The notes beneath the pieces were generated by a model. It did not search any database. It was not told where the DNA came from and saw nothing but the letters and a program-made list of their open reading frames with translations. Below, one piece after another: positions 27,165 through 37,118 of a stretch of 64,000 nucleotides of DNA. The stretch comes from Dehalococcoidia bacterium (GTDB lineage: Bacteria > Chloroflexota > Dehalococcoidia > Lucifugimonadales > UBA3495), in contig OZ244112.1 in assembly GCA_965215675.1 (NCBI GenBank), positions 1,626,336-1,690,335 on the forward strand, written 5' to 3'. Made by a program: the position numbers and the translations under genes. Positions within the stretch are counted from its first letter, which is position 1; every line of letters starts with the position of its first letter.

Positions 27165-28627
27165 ACCAGGGCGGCAGCAACAAGTACGTGGTGTTTGGAG
27201 CGTTGGCGATCGGGCTCTTCGCCTCTGTCGTCGACCATGGCAGCGTCATAGTGGCGTTGCCCTCTATAGCTGAGGACCTGCAAATCGAGCTTCCCAGTGT
27301 GCAGTGGGTAGTTATCGGTTACGCGCTGACTATCAGCGCACTGCTACTGCCCATGGGCCGCCTGGCGGACATGTTGGGCCAGAAGCGGGTGTACATTCTC
27401 GGCAGCCTCGTCCTCATGGTTGGCGCCGCGGCTGCCGGGCTGGCTCCCAATATTGCGACCCTGTTGCTGGCGCGCCTCTTCCAGGGCGTTGGTGCTGCCA
27501 TGACGCAGGGCACCGGAATGGCCATCATGACCTCGGTGTTCCCCTCCCACGAGCGCGGCCGGGCCATTGGCCTGCTCATGACCACCGTTGGTGTCGGAGC
27601 CGTGATCGGACCGGCAATCGGCGGGACCGTCGTAGACTTTATTCACTGGCGGGCAGTTTTCTTCATCACCATTCCGCTAGGGCTGGTCGGTGTGGTCGCC
27701 ACGATGTTCGTGCTCCGCCACTGGGAGTCGGAACGGGCCTCCAGGGGCAGCAGATTCGACTGGACAGGCGCCTTCCTCTCCACCGGCGTGCTGGTGGCCC
27801 TTCTGCTGGGACTCACTCTGGCTGTCAACTTGGGTTGGATGGCTGCCCCCATTCTCGCAGCTTTTGTACTGTCGGCCGGCATGTTTGTAGCCTTCATCTG
27901 GTGGGAGCTGCGGACCGACGCTCCCATGTTCAACCTGCGATTCTTCCGCGACCGCGTATTTTCCTTCGGTATATCGGCAGGCTTCCTCACTTTCCTGGGC
28001 CAGTCGTCAGTGCTGTTCCTCATGCCCTTCTATATCCAGAATGTGTTGGGATACAGCCCGAAGATCGCGGGGCTGGTGGTGATGCCCGGGGCGCTGGTTA
28101 TGGCCATCATGGGGTCGGTCAGCGGCACCCTGTCCGACAGGTTCGGATGGCGCTGGTTTACCGTCGGCGGTATGTTATGTTCGACGATCGGGTTGGCTTT
28201 ACTTAGTCGTATTACCGATACATCTTCCCTCTGGGAGGTTGTTCCCGGCCTGATACTGGTCAGCGGCGGCATGGGAACATTTTATTCAGCCAACTCCAGT
28301 TCGGTGCTGAGCGCAGTGGGGCGGGAAAGCTACGGCGTTGTTTCGGGGTTCCTCAACCTTGTGCGAAACTCGGCCAACGTGATCAGTCTCGCCATTGCCA
28401 CCACAATCGTGACGGTGACGATGGGTTCGCTGGGATTCGAGCCAAGTCTGGAGGCGGTTCGCACCAGCTCAGTGGAGGGAGTGAGGGGCGCTTTCACCGT
28501 CGGGATGCGTTATGCTTTTTACGTGCTGATCGCGTTGGTCATCGCCTCGATGGCCGTATCGTTCCTGCAGGGCAAGCCAAAGACCGCGCCCAGCCAGGAG
28601 CAGCCCGCCCCTCAGCCCGGCGACTGA
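27161..28627 (+). CDS. MFS transporter, DHA2/EmrB-like (about 14 TM segments)
   Basis: 488 aa, highly hydrophobic. MFS motif A-like LPMGRLADMLGQKRVY. Confidence 0.85.
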   Translation: MNQGGSNKYVVFGALAIGLFASVVDHGSVIVALPSIAEDLQIELPSVQWVVIGYALTISALLLPMGRLADMLGQKRVYILGSLVLMVGAAAAGLAPNIATLLLARLFQGVGAAMTQGTGMAIMTSVFPSHERGRAIGLLMTTVGVGAVIGPAIGGTVVDFIHWRAVFFITIPLGLVGVVATMFVLRHWESERASRGSRFDWTGAFLSTGVLVALLLGLTLAVNLGWMAAPILAAFVLSAGMFVAFIWWELRTDAPMFNLRFFRDRVFSFGISAGFLTFLGQSSVLFLMPFYIQNVLGYSPKIAGLVVMPGALVMAIMGSVSGTLSDRFGWRWFTVGGMLCSTIGLALLSRITDTSSLWEVVPGLILVSGGMGTFYSANSSSVLSAVGRESYGVVSGFLNLVRNSANVISLAIATTIVTVTMGSLGFEPSLEAVRTSSVEGVRGAFTVGMRYAFYVLIALVIASMAVSFLQGKPKTAPSQEQPAPQPGD

Positions 28628-28630
28628 CGG

Positions 28631-29419
28631 TTACCTGACAGGGCGGGAATACCACCCGCCCCAGGCCAATTTCCTCCTTCTGAGCAGCGCGATGAAGAGA
28701 GGATTGGCCCAGATCAGGGACCTCCATACCGGCCATTGGTCAAACCGCCGAGAGGACTCCCGCACCCGGGGATTTCGAATCAGTTGAACCTTGCCTTGTG
28801 TTTTCCTGGCCAACCGCTTCAGTGCCCAGAAGAAATCCACATCCTCGCCAATCCTGGCCATCTCGTCGTATCCGCCAATTTCCTCAAAGACGTCCCTGCG
28901 ACAGAACTGGGTCGCGCCCTGGACCATTCCGAACGCCCTGCTGATCAGCCTCCAGCATCGCAGATAAATCCTGATGAAGGCGCGTTTGGGCCGGTAGTCC
29001 ACATCCACCCCGCCCCCTGCGCACGCGGAGTCGCTCATTGCTGAGTGAATCGCTAGGAGAATACCTGGCGGCACAATCACATCTGCATCGATAAAAACGA
29101 GCACCTCGTTCCTCGTATGTCTCGCTCCCGTGTTTCTCGCCCTGGAGATGCCCTGGACCAGCTCGTGAATTACGATCGCACCCTTGTCCAACGCCATGGC
29201 AGCGGTCTCGTCGTCGCTGTTGTTGTCAACCACCAGGATTTCGACGCAGGCGCCGGGGATTGAACGAAGTGTTTCCGCTGCCGCCACTATCGATTACAGC
29301 GTTGACGGAATGTAGGCCTCCTCGTTGTAGGCTGGAACCACGATCGAGAAGTTAATGAGTGGCGATGAGGCGGAAGGGAATCGTTGTCTTGGTTGCGAGG
29401 TGGGAGTCTGGCGCCGCAA
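28631..29419 (-). pseudogene. Family 2 glycosyltransferase interrupted by an in-frame TAA
   Basis: The ORF track starts at GTG 29287. The same frame upstream reads ..LINFSIVVPAYNEEAYIPSTL-TAA(29294-29296)-SIVAAAETLRSIPG.., which is the missing GT2 N-terminus. Possible TTG start at 29419. Downstream motif VFIDADV. Confidence 0.7.
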
Positions 29420-29444
29420 GCTTCCGCCCGCTGAGAGATCAGGT

Positions 29445-31202
29445 TCACACCTGACGGTAGCGGTTTACGATGGGGAGGCGGCGGTCGCGGCCGAAGGCGC
29501 GGGGAGTGATCTTGACGCCGGGAGGGGCCTGGCGGCGCTTGTACTCGTTGCGATCCACTGCGGTGATGACCTGGCGTACGACCGCCGAGTCGAAGCCCAT
29601 GTCCAGCATCTCGGCGTAGCTGCGGTCGTCTTCGACGTATGCCTGGATCACGGGATCGAGGATGTCATACGGAGGGAGGCTGTCTTCGTCCAACTGGTCT
29701 TCGCGTAGCTCGGCGCTGGGAGGCTTGTCGATGATGGCAGTGGGTATGACGTCGTCGCTTCCGCCGAACAACTCGCCGTGGGCGTTGCGCCAGCGGCTGA
29801 GGGCATATACGGTCATCTTGTGCACGTCTTTTAGTACAGCGAAGCCGCCGGCCATATCGCCGTAAAGCGTGGCGTACCCCATGGCCATCTCGGACTTGTT
29901 GCCTGTGGTCAGCACGATCCAGCCGAACTTGTTAGACACGGTCATCAGCACGTTGCCTCGGATGCGTGCTTGGACGTTCTCCTCGGCAACGTTGGGCGTG
30001 GTATCGGCGAAACGCTGCTCCAGCATCTCGGCGAATGCGGCGTGGGCAGGTTCGATGGGAATTTCCCAGAACTCGATGCCGAGGTTCCGCGCCAGATTCG
30101 CAGAGTCATCGACGCTGCCGGAGGAGGAATACCGCGACGGCATTGTAATGCCCAGCACGTTCTCGGGCCCCAGCGCATCGGCGGCGACCACCGCGGTGAG
30201 GGCCGAGTCTATTCCGCCCGACAGCCCGACGATGGCCTTGCTAAACCCAGTCTTTACGAGGTAGTCGTGGGTTCCCATCACGAGGGCCCGGTAGATTTCC
30301 TCGGTCTCCCCAGCTTCAGCGAAAGCAGGTGAGGATGGGACTGGTGGGCGTTCGCGATTCGCCGGGTAGCCGGAAACTCTGACAACTTTCGGAGAACCCA
30401 CCGCCTCCAGATCTGCATCACAGCTACTGTCTTCAAATTGGGGCGCGGGTTGTGTCGCAGAGTCGACTTGTATGTCTGCCAGTATCATCGCTTCCCGGAA
30501 GGCGGGACCACGGGCGACCAGTTCTCCCTGGGGGTCGCAGATCATGCTGTTGCCGTCGAAAACCAGCTCGTCCTGCCCTCCGACGGTGTTCAGGTATGCC
30601 ACGTAGAGCCCGTTTTCCACTGCCCGGCTACCCACGATGCTACCTGCGCGGTAGGCGCTCTTGCCGGCATGAAACGGCGAGGCGTTGATGTTGACGATCA
30701 GCTCCGCTCCCGCCCTGCGCTGGACCGAAGACGGCCCCATTTCGTACCAGATATCCTCGCAAACGTTGACACCCACCTGCACTCCGTTGATCTCGTAGAC
30801 GGGACAAGCGCTCCCCTTGACGAAGTAACGCTCTTCGTCGAACACACCGTAGTTGGGCAGGAAAATCTTGTCGTAGGTGTCAATCAGCTTTCCGTCGTAG
30901 CCGATAGCTGCTGAGTTGGCGACGCCAGTCCCTCGGGGGTGGACGTATCCGAGAACCACAGCCATTCCATGGGAGGCGGCAACCACTTCGTGCATGGCGG
31001 CGACGTTGGCGTCGACAAAGGACTTCTTGAAGAGGAGGTCTTCTGGTGGATAGCCCGTGGTGGCGAGCTCGGGGAAAGCCACGAGGTCAGCACGGGACTC
31101 GCGGGCTTGCTGCAGGCACTCCAGCATCCGTGAGGTGTTGCCGGGGATGTCTCCTACGGTTAGGTTGATCTGGGCCAGCGCCAAGCGAAACGTGCGGGCC
31201 AT
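29445..31202 (-). CDS. nadE: Glutamine-dependent NAD+ synthetase
   Basis: Start MARTFRLALAQINL at 31202. N-terminal CN-hydrolase domain plus C-terminal PP-loop GLSGGIDSA. Confidence 0.9.
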   Translation of the reverse strand: MARTFRLALAQINLTVGDIPGNTSRMLECLQQARESRADLVAFPELATTGYPPEDLLFKKSFVDANVAAMHEVVAASHGMAVVLGYVHPRGTGVANSAAIGYDGKLIDTYDKIFLPNYGVFDEERYFVKGSACPVYEINGVQVGVNVCEDIWYEMGPSSVQRRAGAELIVNINASPFHAGKSAYRAGSIVGSRAVENGLYVAYLNTVGGQDELVFDGNSMICDPQGELVARGPAFREAMILADIQVDSATQPAPQFEDSSCDADLEAVGSPKVVRVSGYPANRERPPVPSSPAFAEAGETEEIYRALVMGTHDYLVKTGFSKAIVGLSGGIDSALTAVVAADALGPENVLGITMPSRYSSSGSVDDSANLARNLGIEFWEIPIEPAHAAFAEMLEQRFADTTPNVAEENVQARIRGNVLMTVSNKFGWIVLTTGNKSEMAMGYATLYGDMAGGFAVLKDVHKMTVYALSRWRNAHGELFGGSDDVIPTAIIDKPPSAELREDQLDEDSLPPYDILDPVIQAYVEDDRSYAEMLDMGFDSAVVRQVITAVDRNEYKRRQAPPGVKITPRAFGRDRRLPIVNRYRQV

Positions 31203-31229
31203 TTCCAAGCCTGATGAAAGTTTCGCAAA

Positions 31230-31238
31230 AGTATAACA
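31230..31238 (-). promoter_or_regulatory. Extended -10 element TGTTATACT upstream of nadE
   Basis: Reverse complement of agtataaca, about 28 nt upstream of the ATG. Confidence 0.3.
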
Positions 31239-31537
31239 CTTGACTTTCCATACCTGCTTTACCTGCTTTTTAAATCGTGGGACCGGAACCCTGCGGGCTG
31301 TTGTGGAGGGCACTTAGTTGGCCCATAGGCAACCGGCCTTAAGAATGCCTGCCGCAAAGTCGTGACTGAACTCGCCGGAAGACCAGTTGTCATTGGTTCG
31401 CCAGTTACGCCGCCCACAGACCAAAAGAGCCAGAAACGAAAGCTATTGGGGCCGGACATTGATTCAAGAGATCAGATACAGATAGGCGTGATGATAAACT
31501 AGCGCGAATCTGAAACAGGAAAGATCTGCCTCAAAGA

Positions 31538-32851
31538 ATGTCCAGCGCCACCACCATCAAGGCTCGACTGGCGAGACGGCTGCCCGTCTACTACGGATGG
31601 GTTGTGTTTGCCGTCGCCAACCTGCCAAGCTTCGGCGCCCGGCCCGTGGCGTCCGTCGCGGTGCTGTCGGTCTTCGTGATCCCCATGACCGACGAGTTCG
31701 GATGGTCGCGCGGCCTCTTTTCCGGGGCGGTGAGCCTTGGCGCCGTCTTTGGGCTGGTGATGTCGCCGTTCGCGGGACGGCTGATCGACCGCTATGGCTC
31801 TGGCGTGATATTGGGCGGGTGCTCAGCGATTGTGGGAGCCTGCGCCCTGCTGCTGGCGTTGGTGTCCCAGGCCTGGTCGTTCTACGCCATCTACGTGCCA
31901 GGACGCGCAGTATTCTCCAGCCCGCTGGAACTGGGAACCACTACCGCAATCAGCAACTGGTTCATCCGGCGGCGCCCAATGGCACTGGCGTGGTTCGGAG
32001 CAGCCCAAGGTGTGGGGCTGGGGCTGCTGCCCCTGGCGGCTGCCATGTTCATCGAAGGATATGGTTGGCGGGCGGCCTGGGTTTCGCTGGGAGTATTCAC
32101 CGTTGCTACCGGCGTCCTGCCGCCGTTGCTACTGATGGCCCGCCGCCCTGAGGACATGGGGCTGGAGCCCGACCTGAGTGCGGAAGAGAGGCAAGAGCGC
32201 TCGGACGTAAATGCGGGCCTACGTGCTGCCCGACCTGTCCCCTGGCGGGATACGGACTACACTGTGCGGGAGGCGGTGCGTACCCCAGCTTTCTGGATAC
32301 TGGCGTTCTTTTCGATGGTGGGCTTTATGGCGCAAGCCGGCGTCAGCCTTCATCAGACGGCCCACTATGTCGACGCCGGGGTGTCTCACGGCCAAGCCGC
32401 ATTGGTCGCCACGTCTTTTGCCCTGGGCCAGATACCGGGCGGAATGATCTGGTCGGTGGTCGGACGGCGTATGCCGGTGCGACTCATGCTGGCGATTTCG
32501 GCGACCTGGCTGACGGGTGGCGTGTTCGGTATCGCCTTCAGCGATCAACTGGGATGGGGGATATGCTTCGCATTCCTGTTCGGTTCCGGAGTCGGCGGTC
32601 TGCACACACTGCTGCGCCTGGCATGGGCTGACTACTATGGACGCATCCACCTGGGTGCGATCCGGGGATTGACACTACCGGCGCAGATTGGCGGTCAAGC
32701 AATAGGGCCGGTGGTCTCCGGGTTCATGTTCGATGCCAGCGGCGGCTATCGAGCACCCTTCGTCATATTCGGCACGGCGGTAGGCTTGGCGGCGCTGCTT
32801 GTGTTGGCTGCAGTGCCGCCAAGAAAAGAGGACAGGGCATCCTTACCTTAG
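31538..32851 (+). CDS. MFS transporter (12-TM type)
   Basis: 437 aa, hydrophobic throughout. Central loop with RRPEDMGLEPD. Confidence 0.8.
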   Translation: MSSATTIKARLARRLPVYYGWVVFAVANLPSFGARPVASVAVLSVFVIPMTDEFGWSRGLFSGAVSLGAVFGLVMSPFAGRLIDRYGSGVILGGCSAIVGACALLLALVSQAWSFYAIYVPGRAVFSSPLELGTTTAISNWFIRRRPMALAWFGAAQGVGLGLLPLAAAMFIEGYGWRAAWVSLGVFTVATGVLPPLLLMARRPEDMGLEPDLSAEERQERSDVNAGLRAARPVPWRDTDYTVREAVRTPAFWILAFFSMVGFMAQAGVSLHQTAHYVDAGVSHGQAALVATSFALGQIPGGMIWSVVGRRMPVRLMLAISATWLTGGVFGIAFSDQLGWGICFAFLFGSGVGGLHTLLRLAWADYYGRIHLGAIRGLTLPAQIGGQAIGPVVSGFMFDASGGYRAPFVIFGTAVGLAALLVLAAVPPRKEDRASLP

Positions 32852-32890
32852 CGCGCCTGGTATATAGCGACGGGCCCCGCCTCGCCTGTC

Positions 32891-33559
32891 TCACTCGGAC
32901 TGTCGAAAAACGGGGGCATCTGAACCTGCCACCGCCTTCCTGCTGACCACGGCAAACAACGGATCTCCGGGTGGGCTGTCTTGAGGATTGAGGAACAGCC
33001 CCTGGATGTCCTCGAAATTTCCTGCCGATTCCATGTAGGTACCCACCAGGTCCACCCGTCCCCGATCGCTGGACGCGCGCCAGATATAGACTGCCTTGGT
33101 GGCGAACATCCGGTTGGAGAAGCTGACGATGAACACGCCGGAGGGTTTCAGGATGCGGTTGACTTCCTGAAACGTTTCCACAGGGTGAACCAGATATTGG
33201 GCCGAAACTGTTATCAGGACTGCGTCAAAGGTCCCATCTTCGAAAGGTAATTCCGTGTTCCGGTTGACATCGTGGACCACAACCTCGTCCAGGTCGGGGT
33301 TGTCCACCATCTCCTCGCGGTTCAAACCCAACCCAACCAACCGCGTCTTGGCATGCCCCTTGGGCCAGTGGGAGCGCCAACTGCTCATAAGATCGAGAAC
33401 GATTGAATCCGGAGAGACCATTTCCTCGATGAGGCGGCTGACTGCCGCAATGGCGCCGGCATCGATATGCACCACCTTGCGGGCCTGCAGATAGAATTGG
33501 CGGTCATCTCCCTCGTCCATCCGTTCAAAGTTCTGGGGTGTAAACTCAGTCATCGCCAT
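32891..33559 (-). CDS. Class I SAM-dependent methyltransferase
   Basis: Start at ATG 33559 behind SD GGGAGGAGG. ..IVLDLMSS..FDAVLITVSAQYLVHP..LKPSGVFIVSF.. is a methyltransferase-type pattern. Confidence 0.6.
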   Translation of the reverse strand: MAMTEFTPQNFERMDEGDDRQFYLQARKVVHIDAGAIAAVSRLIEEMVSPDSIVLDLMSSWRSHWPKGHAKTRLVGLGLNREEMVDNPDLDEVVVHDVNRNTELPFEDGTFDAVLITVSAQYLVHPVETFQEVNRILKPSGVFIVSFSNRMFATKAVYIWRASSDRGRVDLVGTYMESAGNFEDIQGLFLNPQDSPPGDPLFAVVSRKAVAGSDAPVFRQSE

Positions 33560-33794
33560 ATCCTCCTCCCGGCTTGCGCCGGATTTTAACACGCGGTCCG
33601 GCGATTCCCGCTGCCCGATTGAAGCAGACCGGCTCATTAAAGACAGGATAATCAGAGTGACAATGCAGATATAGGCCAGTGGGGCTAGGCAAGGGCGAAA
33701 TTTACGTTAAAATTCCGACTTTAACAGTGGTTGGAAATTCGCGCTCACCCTGGCCCTCTTCGAGCGATAGAGGGTACATGTCGGGGATGGAGAA

Positions 33795-34901
33795 ATGACG
33801 CAACAGCAGGAAACACGGCAGGGGCACCCGTACTTGATGTACGACGCCATAATGCGTCAGCCAGCAGCGATGGAGGAGATGCTGAAAAAGCACTCCAATA
33901 CCGTGCAGCCCGTGGCGGCAGAACTGGCCAGGAGGCGTCGTGTCTTCATCGTAGGCATTGGCACTTCATGGCACGCCGCCCTGGTCGCGGGACACTGGTT
34001 TCGCAAGTTCTCCGAAGATGGTCCGGTGATCGAAGTTCTCCACTCCTTTGAGTTCTGCGCTTACCCGCCTCCTTTGACCGAAGATGACGGGGTTGTGGTA
34101 ATCAGCCATCGGGGTACCAAAACCTATTCTTACCTGGCCCTGGAGATGGCAAAGAGCAGCGGGGCATACACCGTTGCCATCACGTCCACCGACCCGGGCC
34201 CCAGGATCACCGTTGCCGACGTGCAGCTCCAGACAGTGGGACAGGAACGCTCGGCGGCTTTCACCATCAGCTACACGGCGGGCCTGATGGTTCTGGGGAT
34301 GCTGGCATCGGCCATGGGTGGCTGGACGGACAAGAGCGGCGACGTTGCCCAGATGCGGGCCCGCCTTGACGAGATTCCTGCGGCCATGGAGCAGGTGACG
34401 GCTCGGCTGTCTGAATTGCAGCGGGCGACAAGACGGTTCCAGAGCCGGGAACGTTTTATTTGCGCAGGATGGGGCCCCAACACCGCTTCGGCCTACGAGG
34501 TGGCCCTCAAGATCAAGGAGACCAGCGCGTGCGACAGTGAGGGTCTTCAGATCGAGCAATTACTGCATGGCCCGTTCTGCTCTGTCGACCAGAAGTGCCT
34601 GGTAACGCTGGTGGCTCCGCCCGGTCCTGGCTACGAGAGGGCTATGAACGTCGCCCGGGCGTCTGCTGACGTGGGCGCACCGGTCTGGGGGTTGGTACAG
34701 GAGGGAGACACCCTCCTCTCCGCCCTTTGCACCGAGCGTTTCACCCTGCCGGTTGTGGCCGAGTTCTGGAGCCCGCTGTTGTATGTGCTGCCCCTGCAGC
34801 TTTTCACTTACTACCTGGCGCTGGCCCGTGGCGCCCACCCGGACCTGTTCCAGCAGAACAATCCGAGGCAGGCTGCGGCCCGACGCCACTACGAACTCTA
34901 A
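33795..34901 (+). CDS. SIS-domain sugar-phosphate isomerase/aminotransferase-like protein (GlmS C-domain / FrlB-like)
   Basis: 368 aa with two SIS-like halves (VFIVGIGTSWHAA; FICAGWGPNTASAYEVALKIKE). Confidence 0.75.
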   Translation: MTQQQETRQGHPYLMYDAIMRQPAAMEEMLKKHSNTVQPVAAELARRRRVFIVGIGTSWHAALVAGHWFRKFSEDGPVIEVLHSFEFCAYPPPLTEDDGVVVISHRGTKTYSYLALEMAKSSGAYTVAITSTDPGPRITVADVQLQTVGQERSAAFTISYTAGLMVLGMLASAMGGWTDKSGDVAQMRARLDEIPAAMEQVTARLSELQRATRRFQSRERFICAGWGPNTASAYEVALKIKETSACDSEGLQIEQLLHGPFCSVDQKCLVTLVAPPGPGYERAMNVARASADVGAPVWGLVQEGDTLLSALCTERFTLPVVAEFWSPLLYVLPLQLFTYYLALARGAHPDLFQQNNPRQAAARRHYEL

Positions 34902-34986
34902 TTAACGTCCTCACCTTTGCCCTTTTGCATTGGGACTGCGAAGTGGAGAAAACTGGCAAATAGCCAATGGCATGACGGGAGAAAAA

Positions 34987-35364
34987 ATGGCGTCAAACGA
35001 ACAGCAGGAAGTACTGGCCGGTATCGCCGAAAGTCGGGGCTACACCTTGGAAATGCACGGAATAATGGCCGCCGCAGATCCGGCATGGGTCGAAAAATAC
35101 AATGGGTTCATCGAGGCCACCTACACCGGCGAGCGCACCCTCGACCGCAAGACAAAGGAGTTGCTCCAAGTGGCTGTGGAGGCCGCTCTGCGTGCCGACG
35201 TCGACCAGATCCAGGCCCACGTCCGCGTCGCCCTCCGCGAGGGCGCGACCCCCACCGAAATCCTGGAGGCGCTCCAGTGCGTTGCCATGCCAATGGGAGG
35301 CTTGGCATTTCGCCGTGGACTCCAGGCCTGGGCCGCCGAGACGGGGTTTAACCCTGAGGGTTAG
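34987..35364 (+). CDS. Carboxymuconolactone decarboxylase family protein (no CxxC)
   Basis: Start MASNEQQ at 34987 behind SD GGGAGA. ..LDRKTKELLQVAVEAALR..HVRVALREGATPTEILEALQ.. is typical CMD. Confidence 0.7.
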   Translation: MASNEQQEVLAGIAESRGYTLEMHGIMAAADPAWVEKYNGFIEATYTGERTLDRKTKELLQVAVEAALRADVDQIQAHVRVALREGATPTEILEALQCVAMPMGGLAFRRGLQAWAAETGFNPEG

Positions 35365-35387
35365 GAACTAGCCGCGGGACAAGAAAA

Positions 35388-35430
35388 GGCCAAAGGACTG
35401 CTGTGAACGTTGACGGACAATCCTTTGGCC
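35388..35430. terminator. Bidirectional hairpin between convergent genes
   Basis: GGCCAAAGGA ... TCCTTTGGCC (10 bp). Confidence 0.5.
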
Positions 35431-35458
35431 CGATGGCTTTCAGTCGTTAGCCCCTAAC

Positions 35459-36241
35459 TCACTTTTGCCAGTTGACGCGGTTGCTCAGCGTACCGATCTC
35501 GCTGATCTCGATGTCGCAGAGGTCGCCGTCCTTCATGTTCTCAGTGGCACCCTCGGTGCCCATCCACAAGACATCGCCCGGGACAAGCGTCAGGTACTTG
35601 CTCATCTCACTGATGTAGTGCCGGACGCCGAATAGCGCAGTCGCCACATCGTACTCGCCCACAACGCGGTCGTTGACGCGGATGACCACGTGAAGGTCGT
35701 CGGGGTTCAAGTCAGTAACGATCCACGGCCCCATGGGCTTGAAGGTATCCGTGTTTTTGGCCCGCCACATGGTCCGGTCGTTGCGCTGCCAGGTGCGCTC
35801 GCTGACGTCGTTGCCTATCGTGTACCCCAGGACGTAGTCCAATGATTCGGTCTCGGTGACGTTGCGGCAGGTCTTGCCGATTACGACCACCAGCTCCCCC
35901 TCGTACTGTAGCTGCTCGGTGGCGTCGGCTGGCACGATGATGTCGTGGCCATGAGGCACCAGGGCGTTAATGGCCCGGTAGCCGACATCGGCCCTCTTGG
36001 GCAGGTCCGGCTCCTGACCACGCATTTGAGCCGCCCAGGTAACGTGTTCGGGATAGTTGATGCCGGCGGCATAGAACGTGGGCGGGATGACAGGCACTTC
36101 AAGCTGGATGGAGTCGAGACCGTGGGACTTGCCAGTTTTTGAGTGTTCGCCAAAGGGAGTTCCGGATACCTCGTGCACCGATTCCCCTTCGATGATGCCG
36201 TAAGAGGTCGATCCATTGGCGGTAAATCTGCACCACTGCAT
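35459..36241 (-). CDS. Fumarylacetoacetate hydrolase (FAH) family protein
   Basis: 260 aa. ..PTFYAAGINYPEH..YEGELVVVIGK..GYTIGNDVSER..KPMGPWIVT.. is typical FAH family. Confidence 0.85.
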   Translation of the reverse strand: MQWCRFTANGSTSYGIIEGESVHEVSGTPFGEHSKTGKSHGLDSIQLEVPVIPPTFYAAGINYPEHVTWAAQMRGQEPDLPKRADVGYRAINALVPHGHDIIVPADATEQLQYEGELVVVIGKTCRNVTETESLDYVLGYTIGNDVSERTWQRNDRTMWRAKNTDTFKPMGPWIVTDLNPDDLHVVIRVNDRVVGEYDVATALFGVRHYISEMSKYLTLVPGDVLWMGTEGATENMKDGDLCDIEISEIGTLSNRVNWQK

Positions 36242-36347
36242 AGGCTTGCCTCCTCAATTTGCGGGCATTTTGTCTGTGTTATGCTGACCGGAACAGCGGA
36301 TAACAGGACTACATTGTCGAAACAATTTTAATTCAAGGGAAGCGAAT

Positions 36348-37118
36348 ATGCGATTGGAAGGAAAGGCGGCGCTAATTACCGGTGCCAGCCGCAATATCGG
36401 CAGGGAGATCGCCCTGACCTTTGCCCGTGAGGGCGCAGACCTGGTGCTGAACACCCGGCAAAGCGCGAAGGAACTCGATGAGGTGGCGGCCCAGTGTTTG
36501 GAGCTTGGCGTCCGGACCGTCACCGCCGTAGCAGACGTCGGCGATCCGGGCTCGGTGCGCCAAATGGTGTCCGAGGGCATCTCCGAGCTCGGCAAGATCG
36601 ACGTGCTTGTGTCCAACGTCGCCATCCGGCCTCATAAGCCGATAACCGACGTTTCGGACGACGAGTGGCTGCAGGTGATGAACACCAACCTGAACTCGGC
36701 GTTCTACCTCAGCAAGGCTGTGCTGCCGGGAATGCAGGAGCGACGCACCGGCAGCATTATTGCGCTGGGCGGGCAGTCGTCCATCACCGGACGGCCGAAC
36801 ACGACGGCTGTGACGGCGGCCAAGACCGGACTGCTCGGGCTTATTCGTGCCATTGCCGCCGAGGCTGCGCAATACAACGTGCGGGCCAACATGGTAAACC
36901 CAGGTGCTACCGATACCAGCCGCGAACACCCTGAGTGGTATCCCGAGTTTCAGAGTGGTACGGCTCGTGGTTCCGCAGAGCACCTTCGAGACCTGCCTAT
37001 GGGACGGCAGGCCACAGTGCAGGATGTCGCCAATGCGTGCCTGTTCTTTGCCAGCGACGAGTCGGCGTATATCACCGGCGACAGTGTGAATGTTATGGGA
37101 GGCCGCTATATCGTCTAG
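36348..37118 (+). CDS. SDR-family oxidoreductase
   Basis: 256 aa. GKAALITGASRNIGREIA Rossmann motif, ..NMVNPGATDT... Confidence 0.85.
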   Translation: MRLEGKAALITGASRNIGREIALTFAREGADLVLNTRQSAKELDEVAAQCLELGVRTVTAVADVGDPGSVRQMVSEGISELGKIDVLVSNVAIRPHKPITDVSDDEWLQVMNTNLNSAFYLSKAVLPGMQERRTGSIIALGGQSSITGRPNTTAVTAAKTGLLGLIRAIAAEAAQYNVRANMVNPGATDTSREHPEWYPEFQSGTARGSAEHLRDLPMGRQATVQDVANACLFFASDESAYITGDSVNVMGGRYIV

